A stretch of 64,000 bases of DNA from assembly GCF_009914755.1 (NCBI RefSeq), contig NC_060929.1; one strand, written 5' to 3'. The stretch's first letter is position 1. Each line of letters opens with the position of its first letter. The DNA is from the human T2T-CHM13v2.0 reference genome, Homo sapiens. A program made the translations under genes and the position numbers. A model generated the notes under the pieces. The model was not told the DNA's origin, did not search any database, and worked only from the letters and a program-made list of their open reading frames with translations. Below, piece by piece: positions 40,180 through 53,620 of this stretch.

Positions 40180-42436
40180 ATTGAAGGAGTTTTCTTATAG
40201 GAATATCATTCAGTACTTTGAACTCCTGAGTTAGATGCCATAAGCCACAGACTGATCTATCGTCAAACATTAATTTTAATCAATTATTTTTAAAGATCTA
40301 CTGCCTGACAACCTGATTAGGTATGCTTTCAATTTTGGTGAAAGCAAGCAATTGGAAACCATGTGTTTTGCAGAAATATTTGTTGCTTAGTCATTAAAGT
40401 CCAGTCAGACACCAATATGTTGAACTGTTTTTGTTCAGTACCCACTAAAGAAGGTGAGAGATATGCTGCTGCTTGTTTTATTTTTTTTATAAGTTGGGAG
40501 AAGAAATAGAGTGGTGGAAAAGAAACATCTGTCATGGAGGCAGGTCATTATGAGGAATCTTTTCCTGCCTAAAGGTGCCTTAGAAAGGAGCATGTTTGGG
40601 AAAACAGGAAGTAGGTAAGTTCAGAGTAACTGCCAGTGCCACAGATGTGCAGATCAAATATCATGATTAGTTCAGCCAACTTCTCTCCTCTGTCCTAGAC
40701 CAGCCCAAGCCTGGGACACGGGGAAGGCACCAAAAAACTCCGGTGTTGTGAGGTATTTTATTCACCTCGTAGGGGAGTGTTTTAGTTAGACCTTATTTAT
40801 TTTATCTATTTTGAGGTTAAAACTGATGTCGGTATTATGATCCCTCCAAAACAGAGCTTCCAAAAAATTCTGTTGTTTCATAACATTAGTACTTTAAAAA
40901 AAAACCAAAAAGCCTTTCAGTTTTGTTTTATGTTTTTCATTTATTATGTCTTCTTCAAGTATATCATAGTTTATTGGTATAATCTTTACCCAACATTTGC
41001 AATTCATATGATCAAAATGCCATACCTTTCCTATTACAGATTTAGTTTTTGACATTTTCATGAGAATTATTGAAATGAAAGGCATAAAGTAGGTACACTA
41101 GTGCCTAACTCATAAGTTATTGGTAAGTAATAGTAGCTGTTTATCTAGTAGTGTTTTATGAATGGCACAAAGCAGTATATCATCATTTTCTTAAATTTGT
41201 GACTTGGAATGAAATTTACTAAAATTTGTATTCATGAAAGCAGATGTTAACATTTTCACTTGTGGAGAAATAATCAATATGAACATTTACAGACCCAGAA
41301 ATCGGCAGTGACTCAGACGATAAATTAGATCTTATAATGAATGGTAAATTGAGTGAGTCAACATGGAAAAAAAGATCATCCAGTAGTGGGAATTATTACC
41401 ATTTTTATTTTGGTACTTTCAGATATAAGTACAGTTTTTTTTTTAAATATGGTCACGATAATATTTTCTTTTTAGAAACATTTAGATGTTGACTTACTCA
41501 GTTTGTCATTGTTGTGAGAATTTCATATAAGCATACTTATCGAATTAAGCAGTATATGTTAATTAATAACCATAAGCTTGAGCTTTAAGCTAAGTTGGAT
41601 AAAGTTTACAAAAACATCACTAAAGTAAGTGCATAATAGCAAAGGTATTTTTATATTTTTGATGATTAAAATACAAAACAAAATGTTTCCCATATTGAAG
41701 AGGGAATATTCAAAATCAGAAGCCCTAGTTTTTTCTGATAGCTATTATTATCCTACTTCTGCAACAAAATGATGATTCTGTCATCCTCTCTGCTCAGACA
41801 CAGATTGGAGGAAAGGAGATGAGAGCAACAATTAGATAGATAACAAGGTTCCCTTTGCCTGAGAGCCAGTATTTTTAAGACACTCAGACATTTCTTTGAA
41901 TCTTAGATGGGTGTTTTGGAGATTTATTTTATGTGATTTGATAGCTATGTTAAATTTCAGTTAAACTTTTATTTGCAGACTTAAATATGCCGCTTAGGAT
42001 TCTCGCCATCACTTGTCTTTTTCCTAGGTGACCGTGGGCCATTTGCTATTGTCCCTCTTGATCTAATGAGTTGTCCTAATCACATTAGGTGCCACTGATA
42101 AGATACTGGACTTTGCTGGGATATGAGTGAGGTTCTTTTTTGTCGTTTTTCCCAAGTTGTTGCCTCTCACTCCTATAACTGGTTGAGTGTGGTGAGAGTG
42201 GTGTATGATTTATGAGTATATTCCTTGGAAAAGTATACTTTGCATTTCAAAATAGCTAGAATAAAATGATCTGGAGAGGTGGAGAGGGTTGAGCTAACTC
42301 TGAGATTCTGCAATTCAGGGTTGAATTAGGCGGCTTCAGATAAATTGTTGAAGGATCTGAGAGAGTTGGTGGTACAGAGGAAGTAAAAGCCTGGGATTTT
42401 CCAAAGGCCGTCATTAGTTGTTGCTCAGAGCTATGA

Positions 42437-42949
<513 letters not shown>

Positions 42950-44131
42950 TAAAAGGGTGATGCCTTTTGTTTTCTGTTCTCTCTCTCCTGATCCACCCAG
43001 TGGGGGAAGGCTCTGAGAAGAGCAACATCATTTTGAGAGTGGTGCTAAAACCCTGTAAGCCTGAGTGTTCTGTCCTCCCAAAGCTGTGATACGGCTCAGC
43101 CTCCTGATGGTGACCTACTTGGTTTTATTTCTTCTTGCTGTCTCAGAAAATATTCTAAAGATGCTTAATATTATTTTACAAATACAGGTATAAATAATAT
43201 ATATGTGTACTCTTCTGACTTCACACATTACAGATATAAAGTAAAATTCCTCTGGCATCTGTGTCTGTCTCCATCCACTCTTCAGGAGAGGAATTCAGAT
43301 ATATGTGCAAGCATACATGCACCACACGGTCTTACAACTGTAGAAAAGTATAGTATTGTGTTTGTGTCGATTTTCAGCATAGTTTATCATGCTATACAAA
43401 TGCTACATTTAGCTTTTTTCTTCTGATGTTTCTCTGCCAAGAGAGACAGTTACCTCATTCTTCTCATTTGTGACACAGCATTCCATAACATGGGTGTATG
43501 TGATTTTATTTATTCATTTCCCTGTTGAAGGGCATCTAGTATGTCTTCCCATTTTTTTGTTCCTAGTGCCAGTATGCAGTGAACATGCTGGTGTGTGCCT
43601 CCTGGGCTCACCATTATGTACATCTCAGCTAGGTACAGTGGGGAGGAACTGCTGTGCAATAGAGTATCTGTCTTTAATATTAAATATGTATTACTTTCTT
43701 GGCTTCTAAGGTGAGTGTGCCATTTTAAAAGAGAGTTTTGGGTTGTTTTAAAGAGTTTTTGGGGTCTGGAAGCCTCTTGTGCTTTATTTCACTCAAATAG
43801 CTCTTGCAGGATATCAGATTTCAGTTCAGTGCCCTCTGCCCTTAAAAACAAAAACAAAATCTGGAGGTCTTCTCTCTACTCGCTTACTACAAGGCCTCTC
43901 CCAGCCCTTGGTCCCAGAGTAACTTGAGCCTTCTCCAATAGTTGGTCTGCCAGTGAGACATGATGATGTAGTAGTTTAGTCCTGGTTCTGCCAGTCTTGT
44001 CCTTGGGCGAGTGATTTCTTCCTCAGCTTAGGGTCAGGAAGAAAGGAGTCATTATATGTAAAGCTTGTAGTAAACATATGGTACATAGTAAGCATCAATA
44101 ACTCTTGGCTCCTGTCATTGCGACATAGCTG

Positions 44132-44181
44132 CCACCCTTCACTCAGCATACGTTTACCACCCTTCACTCAGTATACGTTTA
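44132..44181. repeat. 25-bp tandem duplication
   Basis: ccacccttcactcag(c/t)atacgttta x2. Confidence 0.9.
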
Positions 44182-45990
44182 TTGTACATGTCTACGTGCT
44201 GGGAACATGAAGATAAATAAGACATGGTCTCTAGCCTTAGGGAACTTATATTCTAACATGCATGTAACATATATGTAAAATGAAAGTTCTTATTCTCTCA
44301 TCTTTCCAGCTACTTAAACTTTATCCATAGCCCAGTTTACTTTCCTCCCATGTCAGCTAACTTCTGCATGATAAAGGACAGGCTTTCATATCTTAGCTAT
44401 TTCTGTCTAACAGTGATTCAGTACTTACCATGTACCCCAAATGTTGTTAAGAACTGGAATGCAAAGATGGTGTGTAAGACAGTCTGTATCTGTGAGAAGC
44501 TAACATTCTGTAGGGAGATTAAAAAAAAAAAAAATCCTAGCTCCGGGTGTGAGACTGGAATCTACAGCATCTATAGAACACTCTGATGTAGTGGGACCTT
44601 CTGAAGGACTCTTTTTGGCCTTTTTATTACCACTTTTCACCTGTGAACTGGCTCTGTTCTACCTTGCGTTGCCTATGCAAATAAGGATAAACAAACTCCA
44701 TTCTCTCTTCCAAGGGGGAGAGAATTAGCAGCAAGAGGGCACATATTTCTCTTTGTTAAAACCTGGGAATGGCATCACTCCTTTCTTTCCCTAGTGACTA
44801 ATCTTGTAAAGTGTTAAAGAGAAGTCTAAGTCCCCCAGAGGGACTTAGAAAGCCCTGGCCATTCATGCCCAGGTGGAGCCACTTTAGTAAAAAAAATAGC
44901 ATTTTTGCTGCCATGTGATGCACAGGTAAAACAGACCACTGGATACTGCTGGTTTGCATTCCTGCTTCCTGGGAAGTTCTCCCTTCCATTTCATGAGCCT
45001 CTTTGGGAAAGGTACAAACTTAGGGAATTACTGACACAGAATAGGAACAATTGGCAATCCTTTCACTCTTTCACATATACTGATCTTTAAAAAAATAATA
45101 AATTATCATTGAGAACTCAGGGATACCTCCTTGCTTTTATGACCATTACAGGTTTTGTTTGGCTTGTTCATAATAAGCATATTAAGTTTAATCTTATTTT
45201 AAAAGTCTGTCCTGATACAAACTTTAAATTGATATCTTGCTGAATTGTGAATGGACATAAAGGCTCCTTTTAAAGAGCTTTAAGTGTTTGTTGCCACAAC
45301 AGGGTCTGAGTATAATACTGAGGTTGAGAAAGATGATTTTCTCAACAGAAATACTTTATTATTGCTAGAGGTAGTGTGAAATTATCATTTTTTCCTTGAA
45401 GCATGTTCTTTTATAAATGCTTTCTGGAGATACATGAATTAAAATTAATGATGTTCTCTTTTGTTAAGGCTTTATTTCATTTCATGTATTCTGTTGATCT
45501 TTGAGACAATATCTAATCTAGAGAGAAGAAAACATAAAATAGTACTAAAAACCCAATGAATTCTTTTAGTGAATTAGAGTTTACTTCTTGTCATCAGCTA
45601 AGCTCCCTAGTATTACGTGAATACTATCATGCTTGGTGCTACATTTTGTGTTTTGGATGTTTTTGGTTCATTTGTAGATGCTTATCTTTTGTTATTAAAA
45701 TTCCATATACATTTCATTTTGGCTTTACAAAACTATTTTGGTTAATGTAAGCATACTGAAAAGAGGGTTTGCATTTAGAGTGATGCATTTCGTAGGTCAG
45801 AGAAGATACTGTTATTTATCATCAGCTATATGTGTGATTTCTTTTTCAACTTCCCAATAGTGGTGGAGATATTTGGGTCATCTATCTTTGCAGGTCCTTG
45901 TAATAATTGTCATCAGGAAATGTACATGTGTAGGTAACTGGCAGGGGTTAGTGGTTCAGACTATGGCCATTAAAAAAAAAAAAAGGCATT

Positions 45991-46108
45991 AGCTGGGTGC
46001 AGTGGCACATGCCTGTAGTCCCAGCTACTCAGGAGGCTGAAGTGGGAAGATTGCTTGAGCCCAGGAGTTCGAGGCCAGCCTGAACAACATAGTGAGGCCC
46101 TGTCTCTC
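45991..46108 (+). mobile_element. FLAM-type Alu monomer followed by T22
   Basis: gctgggtgcagtggcacatgcctgtagtcccagctactc...gagttcgaggccagcctgaacaacatagtgaggccctgtctc. Confidence 0.88.
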
Positions 46109-46395
46109 TTTTTTTTTTTTTTTTTTTTTTAAATAACATTCCGCATTTCCTCACCCATGGAGATGGTACTCATAATAGTTTTATGAATGTAGGAAGAAAC
46201 TGAAGTTAGCTCCATTCAAGTTGGAAGAGCAGTATATACCGGAAAGAAATTCAGTGAGCATTCTGAAAATTCTGATCCTAGAGGCTTCAGCCCATTTAAG
46301 TGTTAATTTATCACTAGATTGTTATTTTTATTTTAGAATTTCCATTGTACTTTTCAGATAAATCTATGGTGCCTACACTAACTGCATTTACATTC

Positions 46396-47332
46396 TTTTT
46401 TTTTTTTTTTAACAGAAATGTCTTAGCCTCTGGAAGGCCATTTTATTCACTAACACATGCTAGGAGGCTTCAGCAATATCCTGCTCCATTCTAGAAAACA
46501 GCAATTTGATCCTTTTTTCCTCCTCAGTCATTAACAAGATTATGCATTTGCGGTGAGATGATCCTTCTTGAACAAGTAGCCAGAAATCATTTGTTCCAGT
46601 TTCTTCTCAAGGTGCTGAATTAAGTCTCGTCTCATAAATCTTGTGGCTTCCTTGATGATGGATTCAAAAAATCATTTCTTGACTTCTATAGGTCCTTGCA
46701 GTCCTTCAAGCAATTTGAAGAGTTTTTCATATTTTCGTCTAAAGTGTTGAATTTCCTTCACTAATTGACATTTTATATCAGCATTAATTTCTTCTTGACA
46801 TTTTGGAAAAGGGAGTATTTCTGTGACTTTTAGGTCATCTCCAGAGAAATTGCTGGTAATGATTCCTCCTACAGGTGCATTTCTACCAGGTTTCTGCATC
46901 AGCCCATCTTTGCTGCAACCACTGAAGTCATCAAACCGAGAATCCAATTGGCTTGGTGGAATACCATCTCCTGCCATAAGCTTCTTTTCCTTGGACATGG
47001 CAGAGCCTCCAATAAGGCTGTCTCCTGCTCTTTGTTTCCTTAACAACAGGGCCATCTTCTGCCTTTTCTGAGATGAAGGAGTCTCAGATTCCCTGGGACG
47101 TTTAAACACATTTTCAGGTTCTACAGCAACCTTCTCTGCTTTATCAGTCATTGTTTCCAGAAGGACCGATCCAGTATGGCCCAAGGGGGATGGAAGGGAA
47201 ACTGCCTGCTATGGCGTGCCCTGCCCCAGCCAAATACTGGGAACACTGGGAACCTGTGTGGTGCGCCGGAGTCCTGAGGAGAAGCCTTGTGTTCAGTAGG
47301 ATCACGGGTGCCAGCCCCGACAATCATGGGGC
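46396..47332 (-). pseudogene. CT45B1P: Processed (retro) copy of cancer/testis antigen CT45, antisense within a MAN2A1 intron
   Basis: Intronless frame from ATG at 47151: MTDKAEKVAVEPENVFKRPR...QGPIEVKK*FFESIIKEATRFMRRDLIQHLEKKLEQMISGYLFKKDHLTANA* (final TAA at 46540-46542), colinear with recalled CT45A. AATAAA at 46442-46447 (- strand); poly(A) seen as T15 at 46396-46410; TSD ctgcatttaca(t/c)tc at 46382-46395 and 47333-47346. The symbol comes from recalling that CT45B1P maps to 5q21.3. Confidence 0.93.
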
Positions 47333-47604
47333 CTGCATTTACACTCTTTCCCACAAACCTCACAGAGTTAAACTTCCTTTCTTTAACTCTTTGCTGTCAC
47401 CTTCTGCTAAGCTCTGGGGATTCTACTTGTGTCCTAGGAAAAAGTCTTCCTTACTCCTTTCCTACCTTATGCATTTTTCCTTTTTTCCTTTCTGAACCTC
47501 AGAAAGCGTCAGCTTTATTGAATAGAATGATGTCACTCTTTCTTCTTATGACCACTTTCCTAATTGCTCTCTTTAGAAGGTCCTGTAATATCTCTCTCGC
47601 ACCG

Positions 47605-47949
47605 TTTTTAAAAAAAATTTCCATAGGTTATTGGGGTACAGGTGGTATTTGGTTACATTAGTAAGTTCTTTAGAGGTGATTTGTGAAATTTTGGTGCACC
47701 CATCACCTGAGCAGTATACACTGCACTCTATTTGTAGTCTTTTATCCCTCGCCCCCCTCCAACCCTTCCTCCCAAGTCCCCAAAGTCCATTCTATCATTC
47801 TTATGCCTTTGCATCCTCATAGCTTAGCTCCCACATATCAGTGAGAACATACAGTGTTTGGTTTTCCATTCCTGAGTTACTTCACTTAGAATAATAGTCT
47901 CCAGTCTCATGGAGGTCGCTGCAAATGCCATTAATTCATTCCTTTTTAT
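47605..47949 (-). mobile_element. L1 3' end (L1PB-like), 5'-truncated
   Basis: ttattggggtacaggtggtatttggttacat...cttagctcccacatatcagtgagaacatac...gagttacttcacttagaataat. Confidence 0.85.
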
Positions 47950-48788
47950 CTCATACACCCTTGATCTGTATTAAGTGTGTTGGATTTCCTCTTCTCTATC
48001 TATGAAATTGACCCAAGGCCTCACTGAGGACCTGAAGATACAATTAAAGTAGAATGACAGAAACTAGTAAACACTTGAGGCTTATCCAAATGAATGTTTG
48101 ATATGTTAGGGACTTTTTAAAGCTGTCCTCTGTTTTACATAACAAAGGACAAAATGGATCATTTCATAACAAGGAGTCCTAAGAGATAACTAAACTCAAC
48201 TAAAATTGATTTAACTTCTGGAGAGCTTTCCAGATTATAGTCCACAAATACTAATATGTTAATATTACTTTCAGCCATAAACCATCTCATTAGATCTCCT
48301 GTCTCTTTTCCTAGCAATAATACACTGTCACTTGAACCAGCAGAATGTAAACTTTACTGGCTCATAATTTCTGGTCTATAAGGAGAGAATGGTGAAAAAG
48401 TGGGCTAGAATGGCTCTTTGGGGAATGGTGGTGCAGATGAGAAGTGGACTGGCCTGTAGCTGGGCAGCCCTTTTTTCATTTCATGTCCTGTTTCTCCTCT
48501 AGAACTCAGAGAATCATTTACATGTTATACATCATCTACATTTTTCTCATCCCAGCTGCTTCATTCTTTAGATGAATAATATGCTCCCCTGAATAAGTGC
48601 TATCTACCTTCTGATAGTTTTTAAAAAGAAAAGTTAAATTGTCATAGCATTTATTATATGAGAGATGTTAAGACAAGAAGTAGAAAACAAGAAAATGTAA
48701 CTTTGGAAAGAGTTCTGTATAGTATATTTCAAAAAGGTGAGGCAAGTAATTTCTTTCTATTAATCCATATATATTTTTTTAAATTTAG

Positions 48789-48922
48789 GAATAGAAGGAC
48801 AGTCTGTGGAAGTTTCCAATATTGTGGACATCCGAAAAGTATATAACCGTGAGATTGCAATGAAAATTTCTTCTGATATAAAAAGCCAAAATAGATTTTA
48901 TACTGACCTAAATGGGTACCAG
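48789..48922 (+). CDS. MAN2A1: MAN2A1 coding exon (probably exon 17)
   Basis: aaatttag|GA ... TACCAG|gtaatt; 134 nt, phase 1->0; (G)IEGQSVEVSNIVDIRKVYNREIAMKISSDIKSQNRFYTDLNGYQ, including the GH38 FYTDLNG motif. Confidence 0.97.
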
Positions 48923-49241
48923 GTAATTTTTCCTTTAAAATGTTTAAGTAATGGTTGTATTGGTGTGTAATTCTTATATATAACAATGGCCCAGTTAATT
49001 TTGGATCCTTTGAAAAAGTATACTTAAAGTTGCAAATTATATCTAAAATAAAACTGAATTTTGACAGAAAATTTCGGGTTCTACAGTTAGAAGAAATATT
49101 TGGGAGACCATTTTTTTAGAACATCTTTTTGTAAGGATTATTTGTTCAAAGGGTAAATTTGGTGACCACTATGAATGTTAAATATCTTGATGCTAAAAAA
49201 TATATATATGAATTTATCTACCAGAAAGGAAACATAATTAG

Positions 49242-49930
<689 letters not shown>

Positions 49931-50981
49931 GTTGTCCTCATAAGGAATTGATCCATACCTATTAAGTTTGTTCCCTATATATTGGTTTAATGTATGATCT
50001 AATAATGGGCCCTTGTAAATTTCAGGAAAACTCTTCCTCTATATGTGTGTGTGTGTATACCATTATACATACACAGACACACATGTATACATATACATAG
50101 GTATATCTATTCAGAAATGGGCAGGTATATATTTAATCAAAATTTTCATGAAATGTTTCAAATTGTAGTAAGGAAATTGATTTATACAATCTTATCAGGT
50201 TGTCAATTCTCCAATTTAATAGAGCACTTTTGATTGTTACCTAAATCTCTGTTTTCTGAGTGTATGTGTTTGATAACATATCTTTGAAATACCATTAAAA
50301 CCATGAGCATGTTTTTAAAACAAGTGTTTTAGAAATTTCTGGCTGTGAATAGAAATAATTTTACAATAAACACTTTGATTTTCAACTGGGGGTGGGTGAA
50401 AAAGATTTTAATAATTTTCTCTTCTATGATTTCCTGCAAAAGTTAAATTTAAACTTTTTCCAAAACATAAAAATTGCAGCATACATTCTGAATTAGCATG
50501 TTAATTCGACTACAGTCATTTGGATTCCAGATAAAATCTCAACTTCATGGTGATTCATTTTTTTATGTACAAAAGAAAGTATTTTCTTAAAATTATACAA
50601 AACCAGTTATTTGTATTTTTGGGTGTAGACATGAATGAGAAACTTAGTAAAACCGAATAACTAAAAATGTGAATTTTCTTTTTGAGGATGGAACGTTTGA
50701 CTAAAAAAGAAAATATTACTTTTAAGTCTGTAATATTTCTGCTTTTAAAATTGACCATTTTTTAAGCTTTGGATATAGTGGTACTTGGGCAAAACTAGGT
50801 ATCTAGCTCCACCAGTGGGGAATCGGGGTAGCAACAACACGATTGTGGTAGTTTTACATTTTTTAAAATAAGTTTACATTTACAAGTTAATTGGGTTTGG
50901 AAAGGAGAAATAGAGAATTCTTTTAAGGTAGCTTTACTTTTTTTTTTTTCTTTAAACATTTTACAGTTGTAGCTTTATCAG

Positions 50982-51425
50982 TTTATTAATTTCCCAAGGC
51001 TGCCATACAAATGGAATCACGTAAAACAACAAAACTTTATTCTTTCACAGTTCTGGAGACTAGATTTCTAACATCAGGGTGTTGGCAGGGCCATATTCCC
51101 TCCAAAAGCTATAGGGAAATAACCTTCCTTGCCCTTTCCCAGCTTCTAGTGGTTGCCTATGCTTGGCATTCCTTGGTTTGTGTATGCATCACTCCCATCT
51201 CTACCTCTTTTGTCATACAGCATTCTCCCTATGCCTCTTGTATCTGTCTGTCTGTGTCCAAATTTCTCTCTTCTTGTAAAGATGCCAGTCATTAGGTTAG
51301 GTCCCAACATAATCCAGAATGACCTCATCTATTTCTGCAGAGGCTGTATTTCAAAATAAGATCACATTCATGGGTTGTGGGTGGACAGGAATTTGAGAGA
51401 GGGAGGCATTATTCAACCTAGTACA
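50982..51425 (-). mobile_element. MaLR solo LTR (MLT1B/C-like)
   Basis: tcacagttctggagactag...gtgttggcagggcc...aatccagaatgacctcatct...aaataagatcacattc...attcaacctagtaca. Confidence 0.8.
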
Positions 51426-52324
51426 ACCAGTAATTTGAGGGAGACATTGCAGGGTTGCTGGGAAGATTAAAGATCACATTTGTGAAATACTCCGGACCAT
51501 GCCTTTCGTTAATGGGCACTTAATACATGTTAACTATTACGGTAACTTTGTACCTCTTCTTTTCTTCACTTTTATGTCCAACTTTCATGAGTTTAAATGA
51601 GGAGATGACATTTTTATGTGGTATCATTAAGATTCACTGATAATAGGGTTCTGAGCTTAGAGTCAGTCACTGTGACCCAGATGGGCTTTGGGGTTACCGA
51701 CAGTCTTTCTCAAAAAGTAGAGTCATATTTCAAACATTCAGGTACTAGGCTGCAAGGAATTGGAATTTGGAACTATCTACATTGAAACTAATCAAAAAGA
51801 GTAAGCACTGAATGGTTTTTAAATATAAATATGCATTTGATTTTAACATAATATCTTAGAAGATTTGGTGCAGAGACCTGTGGTATTTATTAAAACCAAT
51901 TCAAGAATAATAAGAGATATTTCTTGAAAGGGGATAGAGAGGTATTATACTTAGCATTCATTACAAAAGCAGTTTGTTAGATTTAGATGAGAAATGAATA
52001 CTTAATACCTTTATAATTTGTTTTATGCAAATATTGGAGAGCTAGAAGACTTTTAAGCATTTTTATTCTGAATTTAAATAGGAATGCCTATTTTAAAAAT
52101 CTGGACAAGTTCTACCTTTCCCACCTAAAAGTTGTTTTCTAATATCCTTGTGGTTTTTCTTCATATTGTTTTAAATAATGTTTTAATTTTTAAATTATTT
52201 CTTCCACTGAATAAAAAGGAAGCTTTGTCTTTTTCTCTTGGGAAGAAAAATCACCTGTCCTCAAGTTTTTAAAAGAACATATGTAAATATCACTTTTTGT
52301 AGATGGAATTGTTGTGTTTTATAG

Positions 52325-52466
52325 ATTCAACCTAGAATGACACTGAGCAAATTGCCTCTTCAAGCAAATGTCTATCCCATGACCACAATGGCCTATATCC
52401 AGGATGCCAAACATCGTTTGACACTGCTCTCTGCTCAGTCTTTAGGGGTTTCGAGTTTGAATAGTG
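52325..52466 (+). CDS. MAN2A1: MAN2A1 coding exon (probably exon 18)
   Basis: ttttatag|ATT ... AGTG|gtatgt; 142 nt, phase 0->1; [47 protein letters not shown](G). Confidence 0.97.
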
Positions 52467-53369
52467 GTATGTATTGCTTACACTCTTTTCCACTCTGAAA
52501 GGTTTCAATTCCAACTGTATACTTTTTCTGTTGGTCAGATGTGGTATAATCTCTAGTTAAAACCTCCCTGTCTTCTTTTCAGCTTTTTTCTTTCAACAAC
52601 CAGACTATTAGTTAAGTTTGGGTTTTGTGAGAACAACATAAAAAGATGAATCTCCTAAATCTTCAGATGAAGAACAGGAGACCTAAAATTCCATGTCAAG
52701 ATTTCTTTTTAAAGATAATTTGCTTCTCCTAATAGTATGTATTTTGCAGAGGTCTCCATCATCATTATGATTTAACGGATGTGGAAACTCAGATTCAGAG
52801 GTTTAGATAAGTTGCCTACGTTTGCAAAGTTGGGAAGTTGTGGTTCAAACTTAGGTCCTTTTCTGAATCATGGTCTTTCTATTCTGCTACCACCTGAAAG
52901 AAGGAAGGGAGTAGAAATGATAGAGATATGGGGATAAAGAGGTGTGGCTTTGAGGATTCCAAAAGAGAGAAAGTGATGCGCAGAAAGTGAGAGAAAATAG
53001 TCAATAGACACTGATTAATTTTTGCAAGTCTTTCTATTGAGAGGCTTTGATCCTTTATAATACATATTTTTAATTGGTTATCATACATGGTATCATTGGT
53101 CTTCTTACATTCTAAGAGTTGGTAGAGATACATATCTGAAGGAGCCAGATAATAACTGAGTGCAGATTCCTGGTGTGTCCTTTGACACAAGCCCACTTTT
53201 TACATGAGGCGTATACATGCATTCTGTATCTTACACACACACACAAAAACTGCTACTTCTCATTTTTCTTTGTGGCCTTCATTAGATAAGATCATATAAA
53301 CTCATGCCATAAAGACATGAATTCGATTTTGAAAGTAGTAATGGCTCCACATCAGGGATCCAGTAGGGA

Positions 53370-53620
53370 GGGTTAGAGACTTGAGCAAACTGAAGAGCAT
53401 GTTCCCGATGTGCAGTGGGGCAGCATTGTTGCTGTGTGGTTAGGGGCCCAGTGTTGCTAATTCAATTTTTTTTTGAAGAAGAGTCCAGAAGTCTGGAATT
53501 TTACGTGAAGTTGTTCAATCTGTAAAATATTGATATAATTTTTTAAAAAACACTATGTTGAGAAAACATAAAACATCTTTGTGCCGTACATGACTCTTGA
53601 GCCACTCATTTTTAAACACT
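53370..53620. mobile_element. hAT-Charlie remnant (MER103-like)
   Basis: ccagaagtctggaattttacgtgaa...aaaaaacactatg...aaaacatctttgtgcc matches recalled MER103. Confidence 0.5.

Noticed and set aside
46823-47661. Plus-strand ORFs overlapping the CT45 retrocopy
   Set aside because: Antisense shadows of the retrocopy and its flank, with no recognisable protein similarity.
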